Shown here: one piece after another, positions 63,152 to 64,000 of the stretch
Numbering within the stretch: position 1 is the stretch's first letter
Layout: each line of letters begins with the position of its first letter
From: an uncultured Gemmatimonadales bacterium
GTDB taxonomy: Bacteria > Gemmatimonadota > Gemmatimonadetes > Gemmatimonadales > GWC2-71-9
Direction of reading: 5' to 3'
Length of the DNA stretch: 64,000 bases
Assembly (NCBI GenBank): GCA_963748035.1
Contig: CAVVHO010000005.1
Location: 1,097,080-1,161,079, forward strand
Position numbers and translations under genes: made by a program
Notes under the pieces: generated by a model
What the model saw: the letters and a program-made list of their open reading frames with translations, nothing else
The model's database searches: none
What the model was told of the DNA's origin: nothing

Positions 63152-64000
63152 GCGCCCATCGGCTCCGCGGGCGGCGCCCCGAGAATGGGCTTCCGCTGCG
63201 GCGCCGCATCTGCCTTGGGCGCCTGGGCGGCGGCGGGAGAGATCGGCGTCGAGGAGGGCAGCAGCGGCTGCAGCGGCTTGCCCTGGGCGATGAGGTCAAG
63301 ATCCTCGCGGTCAATGGTTTCCCGTTCGAGCAGCTCTGCCGCGATCTTGTCCAGCAAGGTCCGGTGTTGGTTGAGGATCCGTCGAGCGTTCTCGTGGGCC
63401 TCGTCGAGGAAGAGCTTGACTTCATCGTCCACGACCTGGGCGGTGCGCTCGGAGACCTCGCGCCGCTGGCCGAATTCCCGGCCGAGGAAGATCTCCTGCT
63501 CCCGGTCGCCGATGGCCATCATCCCGATCTTCTCACTCATTCCGAACTGGGTCACCATCCGGCGCGCGATCGCCGTCGCCTGCTCGATGTCGCTGCCAGC
63601 GCCAGTCGTCACCATGTTGGGGCCGAAGACCAGCTCCTCGGCGACCCGGCCACCGAAGGCAATCGTGAGTCGGCCGATGAGGAACTGCTTGGTATGCCCG
63701 TAGCGGTCCTTCTCCGGCAGCGACATCATCAAACCCAGGGCCCGGCCACGCGGCACGATGGTCACCTTGTGGATCGGATCACTGCCTTCGGTCTTGAGCG
63801 ACACCACGGTATGCCCCGCCTCATGATAGGCGGTCAGGCGGCGCTCGTCCTCTGAAAGCACGAGGCTCTTTCGCTCGACCCCAAGCATCACCTTGTCCTT
63901 GGCGTCCTCGAAATCCTGCATATCGACCAGCGGCTTGTTGCGACGGGCGGCGAGCAACGCGGCTTCGTTGACCAGGTTGGCCAGGTCTGCCCCTGCCATC
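63148..64000 (-). CDS. ftsH: ATP-dependent zinc metalloprotease FtsH, C-terminal part (5' end beyond window)
   Basis: ..GADLANLVNEAALLAARR..TAYHEAGHTVV (HEAGH zinc site)..GGRVAEELVFG..TTGAGSDI. Confidence 0.93.
   Translation of the reverse strand, partial: MAGADLANLVNEAALLAARRNKPLVDMQDFEDAKDKVMLGVERKSLVLSEDERRLTAYHEAGHTVVSLKTEGSDPIHKVTIVPRGRALGLMMSLPEKDRYGHTKQFLIGRLTIAFGGRVAEELVFGPNMVTTGAGSDIEQATAIARRMVTQFGMSEKIGMMAIGDREQEIFLGREFGQRREVSERTAQVVDDEVKLFLDEAHENARRILNQHRTLLDKIAAELLERETIDREDLDLIAQGKPLQPLLPSSTPISPAAAQAPKADAAPQRKPILGAPPAEPMGA

Overview
GC-rich (by eye, not computed) bacterial chromosomal window. It is almost entirely coding, and about 59 of 62 genes are on the minus strand. I suspect a Gemmatimonadota-like diderm, but this is unverified. 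No rRNA, CRISPR, IS element, transposase or integrase was seen. Contents in window order: (a) housekeeping genes: miaB (partial), an OMP/lipoprotein pair, cdd-deoB, alr, mazG, asnS, a BamB-like lipoprotein, recG, ftsY and hisA; (b) a complete dcw cluster on the minus strand: rsmH-ftsL-ftsI-murE-murF-mraY-murD-ftsW-murG-murC-ftsQ-ftsA-ftsZ, then an M23 peptidase, with tRNA-Asp in the position where mraZ usually sits; (c) tRNA-Val; (d) the main item, an approximately 17 kb, 18-gene minus-strand supercluster (35433-52197). Here a Che pathway (2x cheW, cheY, cheA, cheC, cheR, cheD, cheB) is physically interleaved with an MglA small GTPase, three Roadblock/LC7 modules, two PATAN(DUF4388)-TPR proteins, three further TPR proteins (four TPR-containing proteins counting the TPR-Roadblock fusion) and two DnaA-domain-III-only AAA+ ATPases. 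No MCP receptor gene is present in the window; (e) a Firmicutes-like block: yggS-divIVA-punA-ileS-dksA/traR-like-lspA-rluD; (f) a DUF2723 GT-C membrane protein, folP and ftsH (partial). There are two cross-cutting oddities. First, six gene disruptions all require the same +1 correction, mostly at G/C runs. Second, period-7 (heptanucleotide) tandem arrays occupy at least four intergenic spacers, some arranged as long imperfect palindromes. Many long plus-strand ORFs in the track are antisense artefacts of high GC and were rejected.
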